Assembly (NCBI GenBank): GCA_025210515.1
Contig: JAOARM010000015.1
Coordinates: forward strand, 34,555-66,554
DNA length: 32,000 nucleotides
Origin: Vallitalea sp.
Lineage (GTDB): Bacteria; Bacillota; Clostridia; Lachnospirales; Vallitaleaceae
Reading direction: 5' to 3'
A program made the position numbers and the translations under genes. The notes beneath the pieces were generated by a model that did no database searches, had not been told where the DNA came from, and worked only from the letters and a program-made list of their open reading frames with translations. This document shows, in pieces, positions 1 to 8,381 of this stretch (positions are counted from its first letter, which is position 1; each line of letters starts with the position of its first letter).

Positions 1-235
1 GAATTGCACTAGCACCTGTTACTATAGCCGCACTTATAATTGCTTTTATATCTAAGTAACTGTCTTTCGCAGGAGCAGGCCCAATACATATGGCTTCATC
101 TGCTAATTGAGTATGTAGTGCGTCTTTATCCACTTCTGAATATATAGCAACTGTTGCAATATTCATTTCTCTACATGCTCTAATAATCCTAACAGCTATT
201 TCACCTCTATTTGCTATAAGAATCTTTTTAAACAT
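1..235 (-). CDS. accC: Biotin carboxylase (acetyl-CoA carboxylase subunit), N-terminal part; the gene continues beyond the left edge of the window
   Basis: The reverse strand from ATG at 235 reads [53 protein letters not shown], a classic AccC N-terminus. It sits downstream of accB-fabZ. It is absent from the ORF track because it is truncated. Confidence 0.9.
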   Translation of the reverse strand, partial: MFKKILIANRGEIAVRIIRACREMNIATVAIYSEVDKDALHTQLADEAICIGPAPAKDSYLDIKAIISAAIVTGASAI

Positions 236-253
236 ATTTTCACCTCAATATTT

Positions 254-676
254 TTATTTCACAATAAATGTTAGCTCACCTGTTACTGCGACTTCTCCAT
301 CAACTGTTGCTCTAGCTTTTCCAACTCCTACTGGGCCTTTTCTTTTAATTATTTCTATTTCTAGCTTTAAAGTGTCTCCCGGAATTACTTTTCTTCTTAT
401 TTTAGTATTATTAATTCCTCCAAAATAAGCTGTCTTACCTTTCATATCATCAAGACTAAGTATTGCAACTGCTCCTACTTGTGCCAATGCTTCAACAATG
501 AGTACTCCTGGCATAACAGGCTCCTGTGGGAAATGACCTACGAAAAAATATTCATTCATTGTAACATTTTTATATCCTACCGCTTTTATCCCTTTTTCTA
601 AATTCGTTATTTTATCTATTAATAAAAAAGGATATCTATGTGGAATTATTTCTTGAATTTCTTTTATTCCTAACAT
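254..676 (-). CDS. fabZ: 3-hydroxyacyl-ACP dehydratase FabZ
   Basis: Contains [13 protein letters not shown] and [16 protein letters not shown] hot-dog motifs. The track ORF runs to 700, but the ATG at 676 is preceded by AGGA at about 8 nt and gives the typical 140 aa length. Confidence 0.93.
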   Translation of the reverse strand: MLGIKEIQEIIPHRYPFLLIDKITNLEKGIKAVGYKNVTMNEYFFVGHFPQEPVMPGVLIVEALAQVGAVAILSLDDMKGKTAYFGGINNTKIRRKVIPGDTLKLEIEIIKRKGPVGVGKARATVDGEVAVTGELTFIVK

Positions 677-722
677 AATTTTTTTCCTTTCTAATAACAT
701 AATTAATCACAGAACCTTAATA

Positions 723-1196
723 TTATTCTTTTATTTTAAATAGTGGTTGTCCATACTCTACTACTGCTTCGTTCTGAACTAGTATCTCTATAATCTCGCC
801 AGATACTTCTGCTTCTATTTCATTCATTAATTTCATAGCTTCTATAATACATAATGTATCACCTTTTTTTACTTTGTCTCCTACTTTAACATAATTACTT
901 ACATCAGGACTTGGTGCACTATAGAAAGTTCCAACGATAGGTGATTTAATAATATAGGCATTGTCTTCTTCTTGTTTTTCTTGTTTTTCTTCTTTAATAT
1001 CTTCTTTTGTATTATTAGGTCTTTTTGCTTCTATATGAGGAGTATCTATTGTTCTTTCTACATAAACAGATGGTTCTGTAAGAGCCATAGCCTCTTTTTT
1101 GATTGATACTTTAAACCCTTCTTTTTCAATATCAACACTTGTTATATCCTTCTTATCAATTAACTCAATTAATTCTTTAATATGTTGAAATTTCAT
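723..1196 (-). CDS. accB: Biotin carboxyl carrier protein AccB
   Basis: C-terminal biotinyl domain with [14 protein letters not shown] (the AMK biotinylation motif), and an E/K-rich linker. Confidence 0.93.
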   Translation of the reverse strand: MKFQHIKELIELIDKKDITSVDIEKEGFKVSIKKEAMALTEPSVYVERTIDTPHIEAKRPNNTKEDIKEEKQEKQEEDNAYIIKSPIVGTFYSAPSPDVSNYVKVGDKVKKGDTLCIIEAMKLMNEIEAEVSGEIIEILVQNEAVVEYGQPLFKIKE

Positions 1197-1343
1197 CTTC
1201 TTTTCACATCCTTATTTTTTCAGAGATTTTGTAATTAGCTTATACTATTAATTTTTCTATGAAATATCTTTGATGATTATTGGATTTTAACTAATTGACT
1301 CTTTCTTCTATTTACTTCTTATTATTGCTATAATGATAATAAT

Positions 1344-2588
1344 TTATTTGTCTTCTCTATATTTACCAACTATTAGTGATGCGTTATGACCTCCAAATCC
1401 TAGTGAATTGGAAATTGCATAATTAACTGTAACATTTCTTCCCTTAGTAGGTATATAATCTAAATCACATTCTTCATCAACAGTTTCATATCCTGCCGTT
1501 GGATGTACATAATTATCTTCAACTGATTTAACACAAGCGACCATTTCAACTGCTCCAGCCGCGCCAAGCAAATGTCCTATCATTGATTTTGTTGAACTAA
1601 TAGGTATTTTGTTAGCATTTTCTCCAAACACATTTTTGATAGCAGCAGTTTCAAATTTATCGTTATAAAGTGTACTAGTTCCGTGGGCATTTATATACGA
1701 AATATCTTCTGGTGAAACATTTGCATCTTTTATTGCATTTTTCATTGCTCTTGCTGCTCCTTCTCCATTTGGTGCTGGTGAAGTAATATGATATGCATCA
1801 CAAGATGCACCATATCCAACAAGCTCAGCTAAAATGTTAGCTCCTCGTTTCTTAGCATGTTCTAATTCTTCTAATATAAGTATTCCTGCTCCTTCTCCCA
1901 TTACGAAACCATCTCTGTTTTTATCAAATGGTCTAGATGCAGTTTTGGGATCATCATTTGTACTTAGTGCCGTTAGAGCTGTAAATCCTGCTACACCAAG
2001 TGGTACAATACAACTTTCCGTTCCACCTGCTACCATCACATCTGCATCTCCATATTGTATTACTCGAAATGCATCTCCTATAGAGTTAGTGCCTGATGCA
2101 CATGCAGTTACTACATTAGTACATATACCTTTTAATCCAAATTCTATAGCAATATTTCCTGCTGCCATGTTAGTAATAACTGTTGGTATAAACATTGGAG
2201 CGATTTTATTAGGGCCTTTCGTCACTAACTTATTAGCTTCTCTTTCAATTGTTCCCAGTCCACCTATTCCAGAACTTACAATAACTCCTATTCTTTCTGT
2301 ATTGGCATTTTCTAAGTCAATATTAGAATGTTCAATTGCTTGTTTAGCTGCCGCAATTGCAAATTGAGAAAATCTATCCATTCTCTTTGCTCTTTTTTTC
2401 TCCATATATTGTTTTGCGTCAAAGTCTTTAACTTCTCCTGCAACTTTTGCTTTAAACTCATCTGTATCAAAAGTAGATATTTTATCAATACCAATATTAC
2501 CTTTTTTTAGATTATCCCAATATTCATCAACATTATTACCCACTGGTGAAATTATACCTAGACCTGTTATTACTACTCTTCTCTTCAC
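1344..2588 (-). CDS. fabF: 3-oxoacyl-ACP synthase II FabF
   Basis: Shows KAS II features: VVTACASGTNSIGDA (active-site Cys), HGTSTLYND and GHLLGAAGAVE. The likely start is GTG at 2588 (AAAGGA at 8 nt upstream), giving M-KRRVVITGLG. The track start at 2597 has no spacer after its RBS. Confidence 0.93.
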   Translation of the reverse strand: MKRRVVITGLGIISPVGNNVDEYWDNLKKGNIGIDKISTFDTDEFKAKVAGEVKDFDAKQYMEKKRAKRMDRFSQFAIAAAKQAIEHSNIDLENANTERIGVIVSSGIGGLGTIEREANKLVTKGPNKIAPMFIPTVITNMAAGNIAIEFGLKGICTNVVTACASGTNSIGDAFRVIQYGDADVMVAGGTESCIVPLGVAGFTALTALSTNDDPKTASRPFDKNRDGFVMGEGAGILILEELEHAKKRGANILAELVGYGASCDAYHITSPAPNGEGAARAMKNAIKDANVSPEDISYINAHGTSTLYNDKFETAAIKNVFGENANKIPISSTKSMIGHLLGAAGAVEMVACVKSVEDNYVHPTAGYETVDEECDLDYIPTKGRNVTVNYAISNSLGFGGHNASLIVGKYREDK

Positions 2589-2623
2589 GATTACCATCCT
2601 TTTCTATGCATTCTAATAATTTA

Positions 2624-3358
2624 TTAAACCATACCACCGTCAACATTAATTACTTGCCCTGTTATGTAACTTGCTTCATCAGATGCTAAAAACGCTACTA
2701 CATTAGAAACTTCCGTTGCTTTACCTATTCTTTTCATAGGAATATTAACTAATATCTGTTCTTTTATTTTTTCATTTAGTATATCTGTCATATCGCTCTC
2801 TATAAAACCAGGTGCAACCGCATTTACTGTAATACCTCTAGTTGCTAATTCTTTTGACATAGATTTTGTGAGTCCTATTATTCCTGCTTTTGAAGCCGCA
2901 TAATTAGCTTGACCTATATTTCCTATTTCACCTATAACTGATGATATATTAATTATTCTTCCACTTTTTTGCTTCAACATTATTCTTGTCACATGCTTAA
3001 TACAGTTAAATGTACCTTTTAAATTCACGTTTATTACATCATCGAACTCTTTTTCAGTCATTTTAAGCATTAACATATCTTTAGTAATTCCCGCATTATT
3101 TATCAGTACATCTACTGAAGAGAAATCAGCTTTAACAGATGCTATTAGTTCATTAGCTTCATCATAATTACTTACATCTGCTTTATAAGATTTGGCTTTG
3201 CCACCATTTTGTATAATAGTATTTACTATTTCTTGTGCTTCTTTTTCACTACTTCTATAATTAACTGCTACAATCATACCTTTTTCCGCTAGTTTATAAG
3301 CTATTGCTTTTCCAATTCCTCTACTTGCACCAGTTACTACTGCAACTTTTTGACTCAT
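2624..3358 (-). CDS. fabG: 3-oxoacyl-ACP reductase FabG (SDR family)
   Basis: Contains VTGASRGIGKAIA (TGxxxGxG), NNAG and YAASKAG motifs. The ATG at 3358 is preceded by AAGGAAGGA. The track start at 3376 is an upstream extension. Confidence 0.92.
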   Translation of the reverse strand: MSQKVAVVTGASRGIGKAIAYKLAEKGMIVAVNYRSSEKEAQEIVNTIIQNGGKAKSYKADVSNYDEANELIASVKADFSSVDVLINNAGITKDMLMLKMTEKEFDDVINVNLKGTFNCIKHVTRIMLKQKSGRIINISSVIGEIGNIGQANYAASKAGIIGLTKSMSKELATRGITVNAVAPGFIESDMTDILNEKIKEQILVNIPMKRIGKATEVSNVVAFLASDEASYITGQVINVDGGMV

Positions 3359-3385
3359 ATAAATCCTTCCTTTCACAACAACAGT

Positions 3386-4312
3386 TTACCGAATTACTCT
3401 CTCTATAGCTTTACTAAGTGATTTCATATCTTGCACATTGAGTATTTTCTTTGTCTTATCTATCTTTTTCATAAATCCACTAAGACTTTTACCTGGGCCA
3501 ACTTCAATGAATGTATCAACGCCATCATCTATCATTCTTCTGATGGATTCTTCCCATTTTACTGGTGAAACTACTTGATTAATTAAAAACTCTTTAATCT
3601 CTGATTCGTCATTTACATAGTCTGCCGTTACATTAGTTATATATTGTATTTTCATTTTTCCTATTTGTATATTTTCAAGTTCATTTGCTAGCTTTTTAGC
3701 TGCTGTACTAAGCATAGGAGTATGGAATGGCCCACTTACATTTAGCTTAATTACTCGTTTTGCTCCTGCTTCGGATAGCTTTTCACACGCTTTACTTACT
3801 GCACTTGACTCTCCAGCTATTACGATTTGTCCAGGACAATTATAGTTAGCTGGCATAACAGTTCCTACTATTTCGTTACAAATTCTATCTACTATGTCTT
3901 TATCTAGTCCAAGTATAGCTGCCATAGAACCTTCACCTTTTGGAACAGCCTCTTCCATATATTTTCCTCTTTTTCTCACAAGTCTTACAGCTTCTTCAAA
4001 TCCTAATGCTCCACTTGCTACAAGTGCACTATATTCCCCTAGGCTTAACCCAGCAACTACATCTGCTTTTATTCCATTTTCTTTAACAGCTTCAAGGATA
4101 GCTATGGTTGCTGTTAATATTGCAGGTTGTGTATACTCTGTATTATTTAGTGTCTCTTCTTCTTCATTACATATTTTTTCTATATTGAATCCAAGTGCTT
4201 CATTTGCAATATTAAATATCTCTTTACTTCTTGCAAAATTATTAGCAATTTCTTTTCCCATCTCAAGATACTGTGCTCCTTGACCTGGGAATAAAAAAGC
4301 TATCTTTCCCAT
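3386..4312 (-). CDS. fabD: Malonyl CoA-ACP transacylase FabD
   Basis: Contains FLFPGQGAQY and GLSLGEYSALV (GxSxG, active Ser). The ATG at 4312 has AAAGGAA 8 nt upstream. Confidence 0.93.
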   Translation of the reverse strand: MGKIAFLFPGQGAQYLEMGKEIANNFARSKEIFNIANEALGFNIEKICNEEEETLNNTEYTQPAILTATIAILEAVKENGIKADVVAGLSLGEYSALVASGALGFEEAVRLVRKRGKYMEEAVPKGEGSMAAILGLDKDIVDRICNEIVGTVMPANYNCPGQIVIAGESSAVSKACEKLSEAGAKRVIKLNVSGPFHTPMLSTAAKKLANELENIQIGKMKIQYITNVTADYVNDESEIKEFLINQVVSPVKWEESIRRMIDDGVDTFIEVGPGKSLSGFMKKIDKTKKILNVQDMKSLSKAIERVIR

Positions 4313-4422
4313 AACTTCCATTCCTTTCTATAAATGTTAAGAAAAATCATTATACATATATTAATAAACTTATCTCAAAGAAGTAATAAATCACTTTAAA
4401 TAATTTTATGAAGTTATATTAC

Positions 4423-5352
4423 TTATTTAAGCCCACTTAATAAGCTTGTTGATTCCTTAACCATTTCTATTATTATTTCTTTACAAGTTTGTTCCTTATT
4501 AACCATACCAGAGATTTGTCCTGCCATTACTGAACCATTCATTACGTCGCCTTCTATAACAGCTTTTTGAAGTGTACCTTTTCCAAGCTCTTCTAATTGC
4601 TCTGTAGACGCACCTTCTCTTTCTAACTGAATGAATTTTCTAGTTAATTTATTTTTAAGTGTTCTTACAGGATGACCTGTTATCTTTCCTGTTACTCTTG
4701 TATCAATATCTTTTGCTTTTAGGACTTTTTCTTTATAATTTCTATGTACAATACATTCTTTTGCAACTAGAAATCTAGTTCCTATCTGAAAAGCATCTGC
4801 ACCTAACATTTTTGTAGCTGCTATTCCTCTTCCATCACCAATTCCACCAGCTGCAATAACTGGAATATTCACTGCATCTACAACTTGAGGTAATAGTGAC
4901 ATAGTTGTTAATTCTCCCACATGTCCTCCTGCCTCACAACCTTCTGCAATGACAGCATCTACACCTGCTCTTTCCATTCTCATTGCCAATGCTACAGATG
5001 GTACTACTGGAATAACTTTTATTCCTTGCTCTTTCCACATTTCTAGATATTTACCGGGATTACCTGCTCCTGTTGTTATAACTGCTACTTTTTCTTCACA
5101 AACCATATGTGCTATATCTTCTGCATATGGGCTAAGTAGCATTATATTGACTCCAAATGGTTTACTAGTCAATCTCTTAGTTTTCTTTATTTCTTCTCTA
5201 ACTACTTCCGTAGGAGCATTCCCAGCCGCTAGTATTCCAAGCCCTCCTGCGTTAGATACTGCTGCTACTAAATTATGTTCTGCAATCCATGCCATAGCAC
5301 CTTGAAATATTGGATATTCTATATTAAGTAACTTACAAATTCTAGATTCCAC
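4423..5352 (-). CDS. fabK: Enoyl-ACP reductase II FabK (FMN-dependent, NPD family)
   Basis: Contains YPIFQGAMAWIA and AAGGIGDGRG, and occupies the same position as fabK in the streptococcal FASII operon. The start is ambiguous: GTG at 5352 (AAGGAG 11 nt upstream) or GTG at 5364. Confidence 0.85.
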   Translation of the reverse strand: MESRICKLLNIEYPIFQGAMAWIAEHNLVAAVSNAGGLGILAAGNAPTEVVREEIKKTKRLTSKPFGVNIMLLSPYAEDIAHMVCEEKVAVITTGAGNPGKYLEMWKEQGIKVIPVVPSVALAMRMERAGVDAVIAEGCEAGGHVGELTTMSLLPQVVDAVNIPVIAAGGIGDGRGIAATKMLGADAFQIGTRFLVAKECIVHRNYKEKVLKAKDIDTRVTGKITGHPVRTLKNKLTRKFIQLEREGASTEQLEELGKGTLQKAVIEGDVMNGSVMAGQISGMVNKEQTCKEIIIEMVKESTSLLSGLK

Positions 5353-5377
5353 TATTTTTTTCACTCCTTAAAATATA

Positions 5378-5421
5378 AACCAATCGGGTAAGGAATAGCC
5401 TTTCCTAAAACGCGATTGGTT
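5378..5421 (-). terminator. Stem-loop between acpP and fabK; a possible partial terminator or processing/stability element
   Basis: AACCAATCG (5378-5386) pairs perfectly with CGATTGGTT (5413-5421), and there is an inner AGGAA/TTCCT stem. On the coding strand it is followed by TATATTTTAAGG. Confidence 0.4.
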
Positions 5422-5433
5422 ATAAATTATTAA

Positions 5434-5661
5434 TTACTGATTATTTTTTACATAGTTTAGTGCGTCTTGTACTGTAATTACTGATGGTAAATCTTCGTTT
5501 TTAATCTCTACTCCAGATTCTTCTTCTATTGCCATTACTAATTCAAATAAATCTAATGAATCAGCTCCAAGGTCATCTATAAATTTCGCTTCTAGTGTTA
5601 CTTCACTTTCCTCTACGTCTAATTGCTCTACAACAATCTCTCTTAATTTTTCAAAATCCAT
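5434..5661 (-). CDS. acpP: Acyl carrier protein
   Basis: 75 aa and acidic, with the [17 protein letters not shown] phosphopantetheine-Ser (DSL) motif. Confidence 0.95.
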   Translation of the reverse strand: MDFEKLREIVVEQLDVEESEVTLEAKFIDDLGADSLDLFELVMAIEEESGVEIKNEDLPSVITVQDALNYVKNNQ

Positions 5662-5716
5662 TTTATAATCCTCCTATTATTTATCTTAGTTTTTGAATTA
5701 CTTGCATATAATTCTA

Positions 5717-5732
5717 TGCACTATATAGTGCA
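5717..5732. promoter_or_regulatory. Perfect 16 bp palindrome TGCACTATATAGTGCA in the fabH-acpP intergenic region; candidate operator
   Basis: Read directly from the sequence. It overlaps a possible minus-strand promoter (TTGCAC-17-TATATG) about 55-70 nt upstream of the acpP start. Confidence 0.4.
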
Positions 5733-5954
5733 AAATAAGTAATGTGAATATGCAAATTTCATATATATGAAGGAAATTTCCCACAGAACCTATAATTCTA
5801 ACTTCTTATTTTGTAGCTATTTACTCATTAGCATTTTTTGTAATAAGAAATTAATATTAAAGTGGTTCTCTATATGCTCTTATTTTGAAACTTCCCTTTT
5901 ATCTATACTGTGTAACTTAATGTATTTTAATTCCATTATTAGTATTTTATTAGA

Positions 5955-6920
5955 TTATATAGTTATAAGTCCTGCTCCATAAGTAAGTCCACCGCCAAAT
6001 CCAGCGATAATTATTTTATTACCTTTTACAAGTATTTTTTTTCTATTCATTTCATCTAATGCTATAGGTATACTTGCGGCAGATGTATTTCCATATGATT
6101 CTATATTCATATAAAATTTATTAATATCTATTTTTAATCTTTTTGAAATTGAGCTAATAATCCTTTTATTAGCTTGATGTAATACAAAATAATCTATTTC
6201 TTGTAAGCTATAAGGTGAATGCTCCATTAGTTTTTGTATACTTGCAGGCACATATGTACAAGCAAATTTAAAAACTTCTTGACCATTCATTCTTATATAT
6301 TTATCTGTTTGCTTAGATATATAATGATTATTCAAATCTCTTGCTCCACATGTTATATGCTGGCTTAACTTCCCTAGTGATTTGCAATGAAAATTCATTA
6401 TACCTTCTTCACTTGCTTCACTAATAATAACTGCTCCAGCTCCATCGCCAAATAATACACAAGTTCCTCTATCATTCCAATCTGATATTTTGGATAATAC
6501 TTCTGATCCAATTACCAGAGCTTTTTTTGCCATATTACTTTTAATATATGTAGTAGCTATATTTAATGCATATACAAAACCAGAACAGGCAGCATTAACA
6601 TCAAAACACATAGCATTATCTGCTTGTATTTCTCTCTGAACTTCACAAGCAGTCGAAGGAGTAAAATTATCAGGTGACATTGTTGCCACTATAATCAAAT
6701 CAATTTCATTAGCTTGTATATGTGAAGAAGCAATTGCTTTTCTTGCGGCATTAACAGCTAACTGTGTAGTACCTTCGCCTTTGCTAATTCTTCTATTTTT
6801 TATTCCTGTACGACTACTTATCCATTCATCGCTTGTATCTAAAAAGGAGGATAATTCATCATTTGATACTATATTATCAGGGGTATAGCTACCTGTTCCA
6901 ATGATTCTAACATTATTCAT
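5955..6920 (-). CDS. fabH: 3-oxoacyl-ACP synthase III FabH
   Basis: Contains VNAACSGFVYAL (active Cys), HQAN and GNTSAASIP motifs. The ATG at 6920 has AGGAG 7 nt upstream. The track start at 6950 is a TTG extension. Confidence 0.93.
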   Translation of the reverse strand: MNNVRIIGTGSYTPDNIVSNDELSSFLDTSDEWISSRTGIKNRRISKGEGTTQLAVNAARKAIASSHIQANEIDLIIVATMSPDNFTPSTACEVQREIQADNAMCFDVNAACSGFVYALNIATTYIKSNMAKKALVIGSEVLSKISDWNDRGTCVLFGDGAGAVIISEASEEGIMNFHCKSLGKLSQHITCGARDLNNHYISKQTDKYIRMNGQEVFKFACTYVPASIQKLMEHSPYSLQEIDYFVLHQANKRIISSISKRLKIDINKFYMNIESYGNTSAASIPIALDEMNRKKILVKGNKIIIAGFGGGLTYGAGLITI

Positions 6921-6952
6921 ATTAATTCTCCTATTTATTTTGCCTTGCAAAT

Positions 6953-6969
6953 AGTTTGATAATCAAAGT
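6953..6969 (-). promoter_or_regulatory. FabT-type operator (coding-strand reading ACTTTGATTATCAAACT)
   Basis: Matches 15 of 16 specified positions of the streptococcal/lactococcal FabT palindrome ANTTTGATTATCAAATT (consensus from memory). It overlaps the -10 region of the fabH promoter. Confidence 0.7.
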
Positions 6970-6995
6970 ATATCGTAAGGGGTTATGTTTGTCAA
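6967..6995 (-). promoter_or_regulatory. Sigma-A type promoter of the FASII operon
   Basis: On the minus strand: TTGACA (6990-6995), a 17 nt spacer, then TATACT (6967-6972). Confidence 0.65.
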
Positions 6996-7046
6996 GGAAT
7001 AAATTAGTACATAATCAATTATTAATTTTACATCCATACATAAAAT

Positions 7047-7088
7047 GGGATAACAAATAAGTATCATCTAATTCTCATTTGTTATCCC
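7047..7088 (-). terminator. Intrinsic terminator after the 396 aa lipoprotein gene
   Basis: Perfect 12 bp stem GGGATAACAAAT/ATTTGTTATCCC with an 18 nt loop, 18 nt past the stop codon. T-rich flanks on both strands. Confidence 0.6.
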
Positions 7089-7105
7089 TTTTTGATATTA
7101 AGTAG

Positions 7106-8296
7106 TTATTGTTTAATAGTTATTTTGTAGATATTTCCTATCCCTTTTTCACTATTTTCACAAGCTTCTTCACATGTATACTGCTTGGCAAATACATAAA
7201 AATTTCCTTCAATAAAATTTGTGTAAACAAACTTTCCTTCAAAATCAAAAATTACTTCTGCAAGTTGATTGTTTCGTTCATATAAGTTTATGTTTTCATT
7301 ATAAATAGTATCATATATCTCAATTTTATTTCTATATGCCCCTAACCAATTTTTTTTATCTTTTGATAATAAGTAATTATAGCTAGGTTCTCCACTAAAG
7401 ACTGAAGTATCACCCAATTTACTTACCTCATTAGTTAGAAAATTATATTGATAACTATCGAAATACAAAATTTCAGATTTATACTTATCCCATCTAAAAG
7501 ATAAAGGTACATATTCCACAGGTTCTCCATCATATTGTAAAATATCTTTTTTAGCATTAAACTCTAAAGTATTTTTTTCAATATCATAAATATATATGTG
7601 TGCATAATTTCTTAACCAATCCAATCTATTAGTTTCTTCATTTTTTATTTCATATATACAGTATGCTATTTTAGTTTTATCTTTATTTAGATCAAAACTT
7701 CGATAGTTTATAAATGATTCTTGTAGGTTATTATCAAATAACATTCTAATATTAGTTTTTTCATTTGTTTTTACGTTTAATATGAATTTGCCTAAAATTA
7801 ATACATTATCATTATCAATCCATTTAGCATCTAATCTTGGTAGATCTATATATGTTTCACCAATAATTGTTTTTGTATCATTCAAGTAGAGATTTCTATG
7901 ATGTTGTTCTGAGATTTCATCATAATCAAATCCTACTCTAATATAATTTTTGTTATCTGGGGAATAGTATTTATATTCATAAAGTGTGTCTTTAGCAATA
8001 AGTTCAACATCTACTGATATGCCATTTAAGTCACCTTCTGTCGTTATATTTACATTAAAGTCATCTTGTTTAGATAGACTTTCATTATTATTTCCATCAC
8101 TTATATCATGATTTGAGTTTGTATAAATACTATGTTTTCCCAAAATGCTGCTTGAACAAGTATTTTTAGGATATTCTTTTACACTAATATAATCATTTAT
8201 AATCTTATTTGTGTTATCCCTTTTACTAGGAATCTCTTTACAACTAGCTAACGCAATTACAAGAACAATAGTAACAACTGTTTTTATATATTTCAT
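7106..8296 (-). CDS. Lipoprotein with one PD40-like beta-propeller-like module; function unknown
   Basis: Signal peptide plus canonical lipobox VIALASC. Contains YKYYSPDNKNYIRVGFDYDE, LYLND, WIDNDNVLILGKFI, KDKTKIAY and IYIYDI. This motif series recurs twice in the upstream 886 aa protein. Confidence 0.7.
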   Translation of the reverse strand: MKYIKTVVTIVLVIALASCKEIPSKRDNTNKIINDYISVKEYPKNTCSSSILGKHSIYTNSNHDISDGNNNESLSKQDDFNVNITTEGDLNGISVDVELIAKDTLYEYKYYSPDNKNYIRVGFDYDEISEQHHRNLYLNDTKTIIGETYIDLPRLDAKWIDNDNVLILGKFILNVKTNEKTNIRMLFDNNLQESFINYRSFDLNKDKTKIAYCIYEIKNEETNRLDWLRNYAHIYIYDIEKNTLEFNAKKDILQYDGEPVEYVPLSFRWDKYKSEILYFDSYQYNFLTNEVSKLGDTSVFSGEPSYNYLLSKDKKNWLGAYRNKIEIYDTIYNENINLYERNNQLAEVIFDFEGKFVYTNFIEGNFYVFAKQYTCEEACENSEKGIGNIYKITIKQ

Positions 8297-8381
8297 TTAT
8301 CACTCTTCCTTATCTAAATTTATACTAAATAATAATCAACTCATATTAGCAATTTAACATTCTATACACTTAATTGAATAA

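Noticed and set aside
1834-2367. A 177 aa plus-strand ORF, along with similar ORFs at 2312-2510, 3894-4283, 4949-5305, 9368-9673, 10507-10689, 14245-14590, 15235-15459, 16116-16418, 16942-17292, 17590-17832, 18356-18547, 19117-19314, 20326-20532, 26696-26923, 27693-28450, 30296-30505 and 30983-31183
   Set aside because: All lie antisense to, or out of frame within, confidently identified genes. They have low-complexity S/P/I/L-rich translations and no RBS. They are typical shadow ORFs.
5767-5982. A 71 aa plus-strand ORF in the fabH-acpP spacer
   Set aside because: It has no Shine-Dalgarno sequence and an AT-driven hydrophobic low-complexity translation. It runs into the fabH 3' end on the opposite strand.
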